Of a DNA stretch of 64,000 nucleotides, positions 1 through 11,238 are shown in pieces. The stretch covers positions 206,150,001-206,214,000 of the forward strand of contig NC_042997.1 in assembly GCF_006345805.1 (NCBI RefSeq). Reading direction: 5' to 3'. The notes beneath the pieces were generated by a model. It ran no database searches. It was not told where the DNA came from and saw nothing but the letters and a program-made list of their open reading frames with translations. The position numbers were made by a program, and so were the translations under genes. How positions within the stretch are numbered: position 1 is the first letter of the stretch; each line of letters opens with the position of its first letter. This DNA is from Octopus sinensis (taxonomy: Eukaryota).

Positions 1-734
1 TAGTCCATGCTCAAATGGTGCATTTTATGTACCACCTGCACAGGAAACAATCCAGCAGCAGTGTCAATGACCATGCTGGAATGAGTTTTTTTATGTGCCA
101 CTGGCATGGGAGCCAGTCAGCGGCCCTGGCAATGATCATACTTGAATGGTGCTTTTAACATTCCACTAGCATGGGTGCCAATCAGGCAGTACTGTCATTG
201 GCTATGACAACGATTTCGATTTCACTTGACTCAACAAGTCTTTGCAAATGGAGATTATTGCCCATTGATTGAAGGGTACTCTTAAATGGGCCAGTTATGC
301 TGCACTGGCAGATGCCATGGGTTATGATCTCACTTGGCTTGCCGGGTCTTCTCAAGCACAGCATATCTCCAAAGGTCTCAGTCACTAGTCATTGCTTCAG
401 TGAGGTCCAATGTTCGAAGATTGTGCTTCATCACCTCATCCCAGGTCTTCTTGAGTCTAACTCTTCCACAGGTTCCCTCAACTGCTAGGGTGGGACTCTT
501 TTTCACACAGCTGTCCTCATCCATTTGCAACACATGATCATACCAGTGCAGTCGACTCTCTTGCACACCACATTTCTTCTAAGTCCAACTTTTCTCTCAG
601 GGCACTAACACTCTGTCGTGTATGCACACTGACATTATGCATCTAGCAGAGCATACTGGCTTCATTCCTTGCAAGATTATGCATGTTCTCAGCAGTCACA
701 CCCCATGTTTCACTACCATGTAGCATGGTTGTTC
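1..734 (-). mobile_element. RTE-clade LINE, 3' fragment (ORF C-terminus plus 3' UTR), runs off the window start
   Basis: ORF 378..566(-) RLHWYDHVLQMDEDSCVKK...GTCGRVRLKKTWDEV matches the RTE C-terminal motif. It is the reverse-complement homologue of 2690-3450. Confidence 0.85.
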
Positions 735-3700
735 CTTGCCAGAAAAAGGGAAAGATGGCTGCTTATAAATGTCAAAACCTTCCCAGGCGAAGAATGTACC
801 CCACAACATTGACTGGTATTTATCAACTTCATGATCAGGGTTAAATGGATGCCCAGAAGACCAGTATGGAGGAGAAGGGTCTGGAAGCTTAAAGATCCAG
901 CGAATGAACAGAGATTTAGAGACATATTACTCAAAGCCTTTGACGAAATAGAAGGGGATATAGCTTCACATGGGGTAGAAAACAACTGGAGGTTTCTACG
1001 GGACAAACTGATGAGGGCCACTGACCAGATCTGTGGATGGTACAAAGTCCTCTCTCGACTCAAGGTAACATGGTGGTGGAACAATGTGGCTGACAAGGCT
1101 ATTAGAGAAATGAGACAGGCATAGAAGGACTGAAAGAATGGTGGTAGCATGGAATTTTATCAGATTGGCAGAATGGAAGCTAGGAGACAGGTTTACTTAG
1201 CCAGAGGGGAAGTAGATAAGAAAAAATTTGCCAATGTCCTGTGTCATGAAGACCAAAGACTTGAAGTATTTCGTGTTGCAAGACAGTATGTGAGAGAGAA
1301 TCGTGATGTCACAGGAGAGAAATGTGTCCTCATGGATGATGGTTCACTTGCACTAAACGAGGATGCAAAGAGAGAGGTTTGGAGAAGCCACTATCAAAGG
1401 TTGATCAATAAAGAGAATGAATGGGAGAAAGGGAAAATGCCAAATGTCAACCCAACGGAGGGACCAGCTTTCCGAGTTGACAGTTCCTTGGTAGATAAAG
1501 CAATTAAGAGTATGAAGACAGGGAAACCCCTGGCCCATCAGGAATTATTGCAGAGATGCTCAAAATGTCTGGCAGTATCAGCTATAGTCTAGTCACCTGT
1601 ATAGTTAACCAGGTGATACACGAAGGGGGTCATACCCAATGACTGGTGTAGCAGCATAATAGTCAACTGCTACAAATGTAAAGGTGATGCTTTAGATACA
1701 AATAATTACAGAGGTATCAAGTTGTTGGATCAGGTAATGAAGGTCACGGAGAGGGTCATAGCCCAACTGATTTGGGAGAATGTCAGTTTAGATGAGATGC
1801 AGTTCAGTTTCATGCCAGGGAAAAGCACCACTGATGCTATATTTCTGGTAAGTCAGCTGCAAGAGAAATACCTAGCCAAAGATAAACCTCTGTACTTGGC
1901 TTTCATTGACATGGAGAAAGCCTTTGACAGGATCCTCTGATCCCTTATCTGGTGGTCAATGAAGAAACTAGGGATAGATGAATGGTTAGTGAGAGCTGTG
2001 TGAGCCATGTACAGGGACGCTGCTAGTAAGGTGAGGGTTGACAATGAGTACAGTTAAGAATTCCGGGAAGAGGTAGGGGTCCACCAAGGCTCAGTCCTCA
2101 ACCCTCTCATATTTATCATAGTCCCCTAGGCAATAACAGAGGAATTCAAGACAGGATGCCTCTGAGAGCTCCTCTATGCTGATGACCTTGCTCTAATTGC
2201 TGAGTCACTATCAGAACTTGAGAAGTTTCAGGCATGGAAGCAAGGACTAGAATCGAAGGGCCTTTGAGTCAACCTAGCTAAAACCAAAGTCCTGATAAGT
2301 AGGAAGGCAGACCAACCACAAATCCCTTCAGGTAGATGGCTCTCCTCGATCTGTAGAAAAGGCATAGGTAGAAACTCCATAAGATGTAGCCAGTGTAAGC
2401 TATGGACACATAAGAGGTGCAGCAATATCAAAGGAAGGCTAACTGGGAAGATAGATTTTGTATGTGGCAGACACTCAGGAGCAATAAACACTGAAAATGT
2501 GCAGAGAACAACTTCTGCCACATTCCATGGAGAAAAACTAGAAGTAGTTGATAGCTTCCATTACCTAGGTGACCAAGTCAGTAGCCGGGGAGAGTGTGCT
2601 GAAACTGTAGCTGCTAGAATAAGAATAGCCTGCTGGTGACAAAGGGCCTCTTGCTCAGAGTAAAACGTTGACGGTATGATGCATGTGTACGAACAACCAT
2701 CTTCATGGTAGTGAAACATGGGCCGTGACTGCCGAGGACATGCGTAATCTTGCAAGGAATGAAGCCAGTATGATCTGATTGGTGTGTAATGTCAGTGTGC
2801 ATATTTAACAGTGTAAGTACCTTGAGAGAAAAGTTGGAGCTAAGAAGCATCAGATGTGGTGTGCAAGAGAGACGACTGCGCTGGTATTGTCATGTGGCAA
2901 GAATGGATGAGGATAGCTGTGGGAAAAAGTGCCACACCCTTGCAGTTAAGGGAACCTGTGGAAGAGGTAGACCCAGGAGGACCTGGGATGAAGTAGTGAA
3001 GCACAACCTTCGAACATTGGGCCTCACTGAGGCAATGACAGGAGACTGAGACCTTTGGAAATATGCTGTGCTTGAGAAGACCCTGCAAGCCAAATAAGTC
3101 CATAACCCATGGCCTATGCCAGGGGTGTAACCAGCCCACTTATGCATACCTTTCCTTCATTAGGCACTAAACTCTGCTTGTGAAGACCTATTGAGGCAAG
3201 TGAAATCGAAATCGAGATCAAATTCGATGACTGGCATCTGTGCTAGTGAAGCGCTAAGAACACCGTCCAAGCGTAATCATTGCCAGAGCAGCTGACTGGC
3301 TTCCATGCTGGTGGTACGTAAAAAGCACCAATCAAGCATGACCATTACCAGAGCCAGTGGCATGTGAAAAATATTTGAGCGAGGTCATTGCCAGTGCCGC
3401 TGGACTGGCTCCTGTGCAGGTGGCATATAAAAAATACTTTTTGAGCATGTCCGTTGCCAGTACCGCCTGACTGGCCCTCCTCTACCTGTCTCCTGATCCT
3501 CTCTCTTTTGTTCTCTTCCCTCCCTTCTGCCCCTCTTCTTTTGTTCTCTCTTCTCGCCCTCTTTCTGTAGCTCTCTTTTCCTCTCTCTCTCTGTACCTGT
3601 CTCCTGACCCACTTTCTGTTATTCTTTTCTCCCCCCCCTCTCTGTAGCTTCATTCTGACCCACTTTCTGTAGCTCTCTTCTCCTCTCTCCTCATACCTTT

Positions 3701-4355
3701 CTCCTGATCATATTTCGGTTGCTCTCTTCTCTCCATCTTTCTGTAGCTCTCCACTTTCTCTCTTCTCTATTCTCCCTGTACCTTTCCCCATCAACTGAAC
3801 CTTCTCTCTCCCCTCACATATACAAGAACCCCTTCCTTCCCTGAACCTCTCTCTCCTCTCCTATATTCCTCTTCCTGTCCCCTAAGAGTCTTCTCTATCA
3901 CTGCATCACTATCATCTCCTCCCAACTACCCCCAGCCACCCCTAGATAATGTGTGGTACCCATGTATTCCCCTCTGTAGCAAGACATCAATGCTTCTCCC
4001 CCAGTCATACTTTAAGCTTTAGCATAAACCCACTTCCTTCTTCCCTCCAATACTCACCTCCCCCGCCCACGTCCCTCACTTCATATCAGGAGTTTTTCCT
4101 TTCTTCATTCTTCTCTCTTTCTACCTTGCAAGTTACTTGACAACCTCACTTGTGCTGGTGGGTCAAGAAAGAAAAAGTACCCAGTGCCTTTCTCTGTAAA
4201 GTGGTGGGTATTAGGAACGGCATCCAGCCACAGACTCTATGCCACAACAGGCGACTGGAGATCACCATAGCCCTGTGGCTTGCCAGAGCCTGTTAAACTG
4301 TCCACTCTATGCTAGCATAAAAAAAAAGCAAACTTTATATGATGATGACAATGAT
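734..4355 (+). mobile_element. RTE-clade LINE, 5'-truncated and decayed (end of APE endonuclease, RT, C-terminus, long 3' UTR with CT-rich tract, (GAT)n tail)
   Basis: RT motifs QFSFMPGKSTTDAIF, LYLAFIDMEKAFD, GVHQGSVL and LLYADDL are present with stops and frameshifts. The 3' end reads ...ATGCTAGCAT...GATGATGACAATGAT. Confidence 0.9.
3480..3900. repeat. CT-rich low-complexity tract within the LINE 3' UTR
   Basis: Recurrent CTGTAGCTCTCTTCT and TACCTGTCTCCTGA motifs. Confidence 0.85.
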
Positions 4356-4402
4356 CTGTATCATTTCTAGAATTAATTTGGTTTTTTATTTTATCTTTTC
4401 AG

Positions 4403-4769
4403 AAGCCGAATTTAAAGAGTATTGGTACAGATCATGAAGTCCAGATTTCTATCAGGGACAAAATTAAAATTCATGGCAGATATTCTCATGTAAAAAATGC
4501 TAAACTTGATGTCCAATCATTATTACTGGAATACAAAGAGGCTGATGAGGAAATCCTTTTTAAAGACATCGTACAATGGTCTTACTTTGATGAAAATAAT
4601 CCAGAAAACATAAGAATGTTTAGTGACAAAGAAAATGCCAAGCTTGAGAAAGCAAACTCACAGAAAAAGAAATCCCTTGATTGGAACAACAGAAGATACG
4701 ATTTTCAGAAAATGAGTTTTCAACATGGAGGGAAGAATTATAAAATGAAGAGAAAAAACCTAATGGATG
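4403..4769 (+). CDS. PARP14: PARP14-like exon A: KH-like segment plus WWE domain
   Basis: Acceptor TTTTCAG| and donor |GTACGT. The 367-nt exon is open (phase 0 to 1): KPNLKSIG...IKIHGRYSHVKNAKLDVQSLL...IVQWSYFDENNPENIRMFSDKENAKLEKANSQKKK...YDFQKM...YKMKRKNLMD. It splices in frame to exon B. The symbol is family-level only. Confidence 0.85.
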
Positions 4770-4884
4770 GTACGTGCATATTTTTACTATAAAGACATTC
4801 TTGCTTGTTTTTTATTGTCTTTTTATCAGTAACAAATGCTGGTTGGTTGGTTGGTTGGTTTCTCTAGTCACACTTTACATTAAG

Positions 4885-5800
4885 GGAGAGAAAAGAGCAA
4901 CAAACGGAAGAAGAAATCAAAAGAGAGTGGGCAAGAAGAGAGCAACAGAAACAGGATCAGAAGGAAGCTATAGAGAGAGGGGAGAAGAGAGCTACAGCAA
5001 GAGGAAAAAGAGAGCAAAAGAGGAGGGGTGAAGAGAGGATCAGAAAGAAACTACAAAGAGGGGAGGAGAGGAGAGCAACTGAGAGAAGGGAGAATGGAGC
5101 TACAGAGAGGGGACAGGAGAGCTACAGAGAAAGTGAGAGGCTCAAAAGAAGGTACTGAGAGAGAGAAGAGAGCTACAGAGGGAGGGGAGAAGAGAGCTCC
5201 AGTGAGAGGGGAGAAGAGAGCTACAGAGAGATGAGGAGAAGAGAGCAACCGAAAGATGATCAGGAGAAAGGTATGAGAAGAGAGATACAGTGGGAGGGCA
5301 AGAAGAGGGGCAGAAGAGAGCTAGAAAGGGAGAGAAGAGAACAAAAGAGAGAGGGTCAGAAGACAGGTAGAGAGTGAGAGAGAGGGGAAGAGAGCTACAG
5401 AAAGAAGGTTAGAAGACAGGTACACTAAGAGAGGTGAAGAGAGCTAGAGAGAAAGGGAGGGAAGTGACCAACAGAAAGAGGCTAAAAAAGATACCGAGAG
5501 AGAAGAGAGCTACAGGAAGAGAGTCATAAGACAGGTACAGAGAGAAGGGAAGAAGTGAACAACAGACAGGTACAGGGAGAGAGGAGAGCTACAGAGAGAG
5601 GGGAGAAGTGAGTAATAGAGAGTGGGGGAGAAGAGAATGACAGAAAGAGGGTGGGAGAAGAGAGCTACAGAAAGTGGGGGAGAAGAGAGAAACAAAGAAT
5701 GTCAGAATTAAACGTCAGAGAGAGGGGAGAAGAGAGCTGCAGAGGGAGATGGATGGGAGAAAGCTAATGAGAAAACAAGTGAAGTGCACTACAGAGAAAG
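4885..5800 (-). repeat. GA-rich tract, an antisense relic of the same LINE 3' UTR CT-rich region
   Basis: 5215-5285 (GAGCTACAGAGAGATGAGGAGAAGAGAGCAACCGAAAGATGATCAGGAGAAAGGTATGAG) is a near reverse complement of 3690-3750, and 5290-5375 matches 3481-3560. Confidence 0.75.
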
Positions 5801-5959
5801 TTAATCTAAGAGATTAGAGATGAAGAATGGGAGTTTTATAATAATTTTATAATAATTTACATTTGACCCTTGCTGAATTAATTTCAAGAACCTTTGCTTC
5901 AAGACCTGGCTTCCAATCTGATATTTATTCTCTAGGCAAGAGGAGCTTTCAATGGCAGC

Positions 5960-6350
5960 CAGTCTTAAAATCCTCTGTTAAAGCTTGGGGGGGGTGGCTA
6001 TGATAAACAAGAGAGGGCTGAGGACTAACCCACAGGCAACACCCACTTGTACACTAAATTCCTTGCTATACTCGTTGCCAACTTTTACCTTATTGACAGC
6101 ATCCCTGTACATGGCTTATACAGCTCTCACTGACCACTCATCTATCCCAAGTTTCTGCATTGACCACCAGATAAGAGAGATGGGGATCCTGTCAAGAGCT
6201 TCCTCTGCATCTCATCTCGCCGAAGTCTCTTCCTAATTACTTCAGTTTTCACCCATTCTGTAACTTTCATCTTCTGCTCCAGGAATTTAATATGTTTGTA
6301 ATTGTTTCGGTAGGTATCACCTTTACTTTTGTAGTTGTTGACTATAATGC
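5960..6350 (-). mobile_element. RTE LINE RT fragment with an internal deletion
   Basis: The minus strand is homologous to 1650-2130 (VNNYKSKGD; SLIWWSM..LGIDEWSVRAV..MYRDAVNKVKVGNEYS). Confidence 0.75.
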
Positions 6351-6480
6351 TGCGAAAATTGGAGCAAGTCATGTCCCCATAGCTGTGCCTTGACTATTGA
6401 GTTAGTTTCTTTTCCGTTGAAAAGAAATGTATTGTTTTCAAGGATGAGGCTGACTGCATCTAGTATGAAGGTTACAGTAA
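6350..6480 (-). mobile_element. Penelope-like (PLE) RT fragment
   Basis: The minus strand reads SLILENNTFLFNGK...(frameshift)QGTAMGT*LAPIFA, the PLE RT motif. Confidence 0.65.
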
Positions 6481-6489
6481 ATCTATTGA

Positions 6490-6730
6490 CGTGTTGTGTT
6501 TTTGAGCAAGGTACTCTACTTCACCTTGCTACAGTTGGCAAAAGTGAGTTGTCGCTGTAATTCAAAGGGGCCATCCCTGTAACATTCTGTGTGAGGCTGA
6601 ATCTCCCTGAGATCTAACTTATGGTATGCATGTCTGTGGAGTATTCAGCCACTTGCACGTTAATTTTATGAGCAGACTGTTTCGTTGATCAGATAAACAG
6701 GAACCTCATCATCATAACCAATGGAGTGCC
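6490..6730 (+). mobile_element. SINE-like interspersed repeat
   Basis: GTGTTGTGTTTTTGAGCAAGG...GCTGTAATTCAAAGGGG...GTATTCAGCCACTTGCACGTTAATTTTA; a homologous copy lies at 7020-7160. Confidence 0.6.
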
Positions 6731-7019
6731 ACTTTTTAAAAAGAGTGAAAGAAAAGGAAATGCTCCAAATCGTAAGTCAAAAATGTCGTGTTTAGCATTA
6801 TCAATGAAAGCTGAGATGAAATTATTGCTATTCCATCGTGTATTCACCCTCGACTCACACTCAGTTTGATAACAACAGCCTGTGATCTGGGGGCTTTGCC
6901 TCCTGATCTGTGAGGCCCACAAATGCCACTGTTATGATTGGATTAATATCCATATTGATCCTAAAGATTAAAAAGATTTTCCTGACCCTATATAAGATCT
7001 TTATTTGTTTTCTTCCAAT

Positions 7020-7160
7020 CACTTGCTCCAGTTCACTCAGCTGGCCAAAATGAATTCTAGCTGTAATTCAAAGGGGCAAGCCTTATCAATTTCTGTGTGA
7101 GGCTGAGATAATGATATGCATGTCCATGGAGTACTCAGCCACTTGCGAGTTAATTTTATC
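7020..7160 (+). mobile_element. Second, partial copy of the same SINE-like repeat
   Basis: GCTGTAATTCAAAGGGG...TTCTGTGTGAGGCTGA...GTACTCAGCCACTTGCGAGTTAATTTTA. Confidence 0.6.
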
Positions 7161-7229
7161 CTCGTGTGGTAATGAAAAGCAAAAGTGACATCCAATATTT
7201 GGTGTGTCAATGTTTCTATAACTTTTCTT

Positions 7230-8095
7230 TGGATCTACTCTACAAGAAACAATAGACATGATATTTTCTGAGACAGATGCAGGAGAACTGCTTAGAGAAA
7301 TGACTGTCACTGTACCAGATCTTTATAGATCTAAGGCATTTGATACGTTAACCAGTGAAGTACTGTGGATTGTTTTGTGTGAACTTGGTTGAACAAAACA
7401 TTTTGTGAGCATCTTAAGGAACTACAGAGAAACATGGAAGCTCAGATAGTCTTTAATGGTGAGCTATCTCATGAATTTTCAGTGGACAACAAGAGCCAAA
7501 CAGGGAGATATTCTTGCCCCTACACTTTTCTCTATTTATTTTGCTGCATTGCTTTGGTGTGTTTTCAAAGATTGCAACAGGAGAATTGGAATCAGATTTC
7601 AGACACCCGGTCACATTTTTAATTTGACCCAGTTTAACTACAAAGACTTTCAAAAGACTTGCTAGAGAATTACTTTATGCTGATGATGCTGATTTGTTGG
7701 CACCCTCAGAGGGGGAAATGCAACATTTGAGGGACAGATTTTGCACTGCATGTGTACATTTTGGACTCATAATTAGTCTGGGGAAAAACCAAAGTATTGT
7801 TTGTCCTCCTGGGCCAGGACAGACATTCTGAACAAAACATTTTTTTGTGAATGAAACAAGGTTAGAAATGATTGACACCTTTGTTTACCTTGGAAGCACA
7901 GTGTCAAGAGATTTTAGTCTTGATGCCGAGATATACTATCGAATAGGGAAGGGAAGTGTTGCATTTGGAAAGGGAGTCTGGGTGGAGAGAGGTGTTTCCC
8001 TGCAGACAAAAACCAGTATCTATAAAACGTGTGTATTGATGGTACTTCTTTAATCAAGTGAGATGTGGACCACTTACAGGCGTCGTATGAAAATG
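7230..8095 (+). mobile_element. RTE/BovB-type LINE RT fragment, a different family from the 734-4355 element
   Basis: Degenerate TIDMIF..RQMQE, YQIFIDL.KAFD, KQGDILAPTLFSIYF, LLYADDADL and IDTFVYLGSTVSRDFSLDAEIYYRIGK. Confidence 0.8.
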
Positions 8096-8330
8096 CTATA
8101 GCAAGACAGTGGATTAAGTGTTTCTCATGGCTGTGATGGTTACACCCTTGCTACATTTAGGAAACAACTTACCTCTACCTTCAGTCAGTTAGGTCTTAAA
8201 ATAACCATTTGCTGCTAATTTTCCTAAAGTTGTTTATTTTTTAGACCTTTCTCCAAATACCTCTTGTTATAAACCTTACCATAAGCCCAACAAGAAAGTT
8301 TCCTATATACACAAACAGGCTTATCCCATG

Positions 8331-8868
8331 CAGGTGAGGGTTGGCAACGAGTACAGTTAAGAATTCCGGGAAGAGGTAGGGGTCCACCAAGGCTCAGTCC
8401 TCAGCCCTCTCTTATTTATCATAGTCCTCCAGGCAATAACGGAGGAATTCAAGACAGGATGCCCCTGTGAGCTCCTCTATGCTGATGACCTTGCTCTAAT
8501 TGCTGAGTCACTATCAGAACTGGAGGAGAAATTTCAGGCATGGAAGCAAGGACTAGAATCGAAGGGCCTTTGAGTCAACCTAGCTAAAACCAAAGTCCTG
8601 ATAAGTAGGAAGGCAGACCAACCACAAATCCCTTCATGTAGATGGCTCTCCTCGATCTGTAGAAAAGGCATAGGTAGAAACTCCATAAGATGTAGCCAGT
8701 GTAAGCTATGGACACACAAGAGGTGCAGCAATATCAAAGGAAGGCTAACTGGGAAGATAGATTTTGTATGTGGCAGATGCTCAGGAGCAATAAACACTGA
8801 AAATGTGCAGAAAACAACTTCTGCCACATTCCAGGGAGAAAAACTAGAAGCAGTTGATAGCTTCCAAT
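8331..8868 (+). mobile_element. RTE LINE internal RT fragment, nearly identical to 2032-2560
   Basis: By-eye alignment gives about 96-97% identity, including shared in-frame stops. Confidence 0.9.
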
Positions 8869-9515
8869 CCTGAAGTCACTAACTACTAATCTATGTTGTG
8901 AGTTGCATTCTTCATGTGGGAATGTTTTGGCACTTATAACTAACCATCTTTCCCATTTCCAGGCAAAAATGTAGTCAATCTGACTAGTGTTCCCACCAGA
9001 CTGGTAGGTGAACAGGTGACTGAAGTTAGTGTTACAGATCATAAGATCATTTGCATCACAGAACTCCAACAGCCTGGTTCCCTCTTCTTTGCGGGAACCA
9101 AATCCATTGCGACCATGTACACCAGAGAAGCTCCCTAGATGTTGTCCAACATGTCCATTGAAGTCGCCAGCCACAAAGAGAAGTTCCCTGTCATTCGTCA
9201 ATGAAGTAGTCTGCAAGAGAGTGTCATAAAATCGGTCTTTCTGTTCATCAGGTAGCCCTGGCTGAGAGGCATACACCAAGATAATGATTGCTAATCCATG
9301 TTGCAGCATTAATCTAATCCTAAGTATTCTATCACAGACTCTGACTACCTCGGTTACCTTATCAACCCATTTCTCCGCAAGAAGTGTACCCATACCCGCG
9401 ACCCTGTCAGTGTTCCCTGCCCAGAAAATCTTATACCTATATTCTTTGCCTTTGAGGAACCTAGCAGAACTTCCTCTCCACCTTACTTCTTGGATGCAAC
9501 ACAAATCTAAATGTC
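8868..9515 (-). mobile_element. RTE LINE APE-endonuclease fragment
   Basis: ORF 8734..9609(-) contains WRHLDLCCIQEVRW, YASQ, VAGDFNGHVG, LMICNTNF, SQIDYI and QHRLVVSDF. Confidence 0.9.
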
Positions 9516-9975
9516 TCCATTCAAGCATCAGTATGAATAATAAAAAAAGACTCCAAAACAGACCGAGGAAAATCATTTGGTTTGCTTCCAATTTTTTCTT
9601 AATGTTCAAACAAATATAGACAAACGATTCCTGTTTCCCTAAGAGAATTTTCAGAAAATCAGAAACACTGAAAAATATTCAACAGGCATTAGGCTACATG
9701 ATCATATAGCTGCTGCTCCAATATGAAAAGCATCATTATACACAAACACCACCAAGAGCCTACTCCCAGTTGTAAGTGTCGTGACCCAGGAACCTGTCCA
9801 CTCAACCAGAGATGTATTATTAAATCCATCACATATGAGGCAGAAGTTACAGCAACACTAGATTATGACATAACTGAAAAGAAGAGCTACATCAAGCTAT
9901 GTAAAGGCAACTTCAAAAATCGATATGCTAATCAGATATCTTCCTTCTGACACAGGGACTAAAGTAAAGCCACTA

Positions 9976-11238
9976 CAGGGGTTGGACAAAATAATAGAAA
10001 TGCCATTAAATTTCAAACAAATTTATTTTAATATAGGTTAGGACTGCTTTGGCAGTAATTACAGCTTGAATTCTATGAGGTATGGACTCATACAATGTCT
10101 GAATTGTTTCCAAAGGAATTTTTGTCCATTCTTCAGCTAAAACAGTCTCCAATTCTTGGAGTGATGATGGTGGAGGATATCGACTCCTTACTTGTTTTTC
10201 TGAAATGCACCATAAATGTTCAATAATATTGAGATCCAGGGGACTGTGGTGGGCAGATAAGATGTTCAACTTCACTAGAATGTTCCTCGTGCCATTCAGT
10301 AACAACTTTAGTTGTGTGAATTGATGCATTATCATCCTGAAAGATTGTGTTTCCCTCCGGAATCTGTTCCGCAGCCATAGGATGAATTTGATCAGATAAA
10401 ATACTTAAATAATCTTGACTATTAATTCTGCCATGAAGGGAAACCATTGGGCCGGTGGATTTCAAAGATATAACGCCCCCCCCCCCCGATATTATTACAG
10501 ATCCTCCTCCATGTTTAACAGTTAGAAGAAGGCAGTCTGGGTCAAATACTTCTTTTGGTTATCTCCACGTGTATATTCGGCTGGTACTCGGAAATATGGC
10601 AAAATATGACTTGTCCAAGAAAATAACATTCTTCGACTGCTCTAGGGACCAATTCTGTAGGTTTTTACTCCACTCTAAATGCTTTGCAATGTTTGTTTTT
10701 GAAAGTAGTGGTTTTCTGATTGCAGCTCTCCTGTAAAATCCAGCTTTGTGGAGCTCATGGAAAAAAGTTTTTGAGGAAACTGGGTTCTCGAGGTAAGCTC
10801 TGCAGTAATTCTGGGAGCTGTACTTTTGTGATCCTTTCTAACAATTCCCGTGAGAGTCTGATGGTCCCTATCTGAAAGTTTTGGTTTTCTTCCGGAGTTT
10901 TGTTTCGATAAGTAGGTTTTTCCCGCTTTCTCAAAAGCTGTCATTACTTTCAAGACGGTACTTCTTGATACACCAAACATTTCGGCTGTTTCCATTATGC
11001 TAATGCCTGCCATACAAGCATCAACAATTTTTACCTCTTTGAAAGTCCAATAGATCTGTCATTTAACGAATTTTAATTAACTTTTTCTGGTGATATCTGA
11101 AAAGAAACATCAATTTTAGCAAAATAAAAAGCAACACTAATAATAAAAAAAAACATAAAAAGAAACAAGCTTTTGACGGTTTAATAGATATTTCAAAATT
11201 ATGATGATAGGTGTTTCCATTATTTTGTCCAACCCCTG
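9976..11238 (-). mobile_element. Full-length Tc1/mariner DNA transposon (1263 bp), DD36E (Incomer-like)
   Basis: TA target duplication at 9974-75 and 11239-40. TIRs are CAGGGGTTGGACAAAATAATAGAAA and the reverse complement CAGGGGTTGGACAAAATAATGGAAA. Confidence 0.95.
10030..11062 (-). pseudogene. Frameshifted Tc1-family transposase
   Basis: MTDLLDFQRG..., HTH (ETAEMFGVSRSTVLKV), GRKPKLS, VIFLDKS (SDES), IFQDDNASIH, SP-DLNIIEHLW and YESIPHRIQAVI are spread over several frames. Confidence 0.9.

Noticed and set aside
3345-5695. Arg/Glu-rich and Leu/Ser-rich ORFs (3345..3653, 4774..5031, 5028..5234, 5051..5248, 5510..5695)
   Set aside because: They are translations of CT/GA low-complexity DNA.
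8331-9515. Twin-priming 5' inversion
   Set aside because: The pieces converge rather than diverge, and neither has a 3' tail or TSD.
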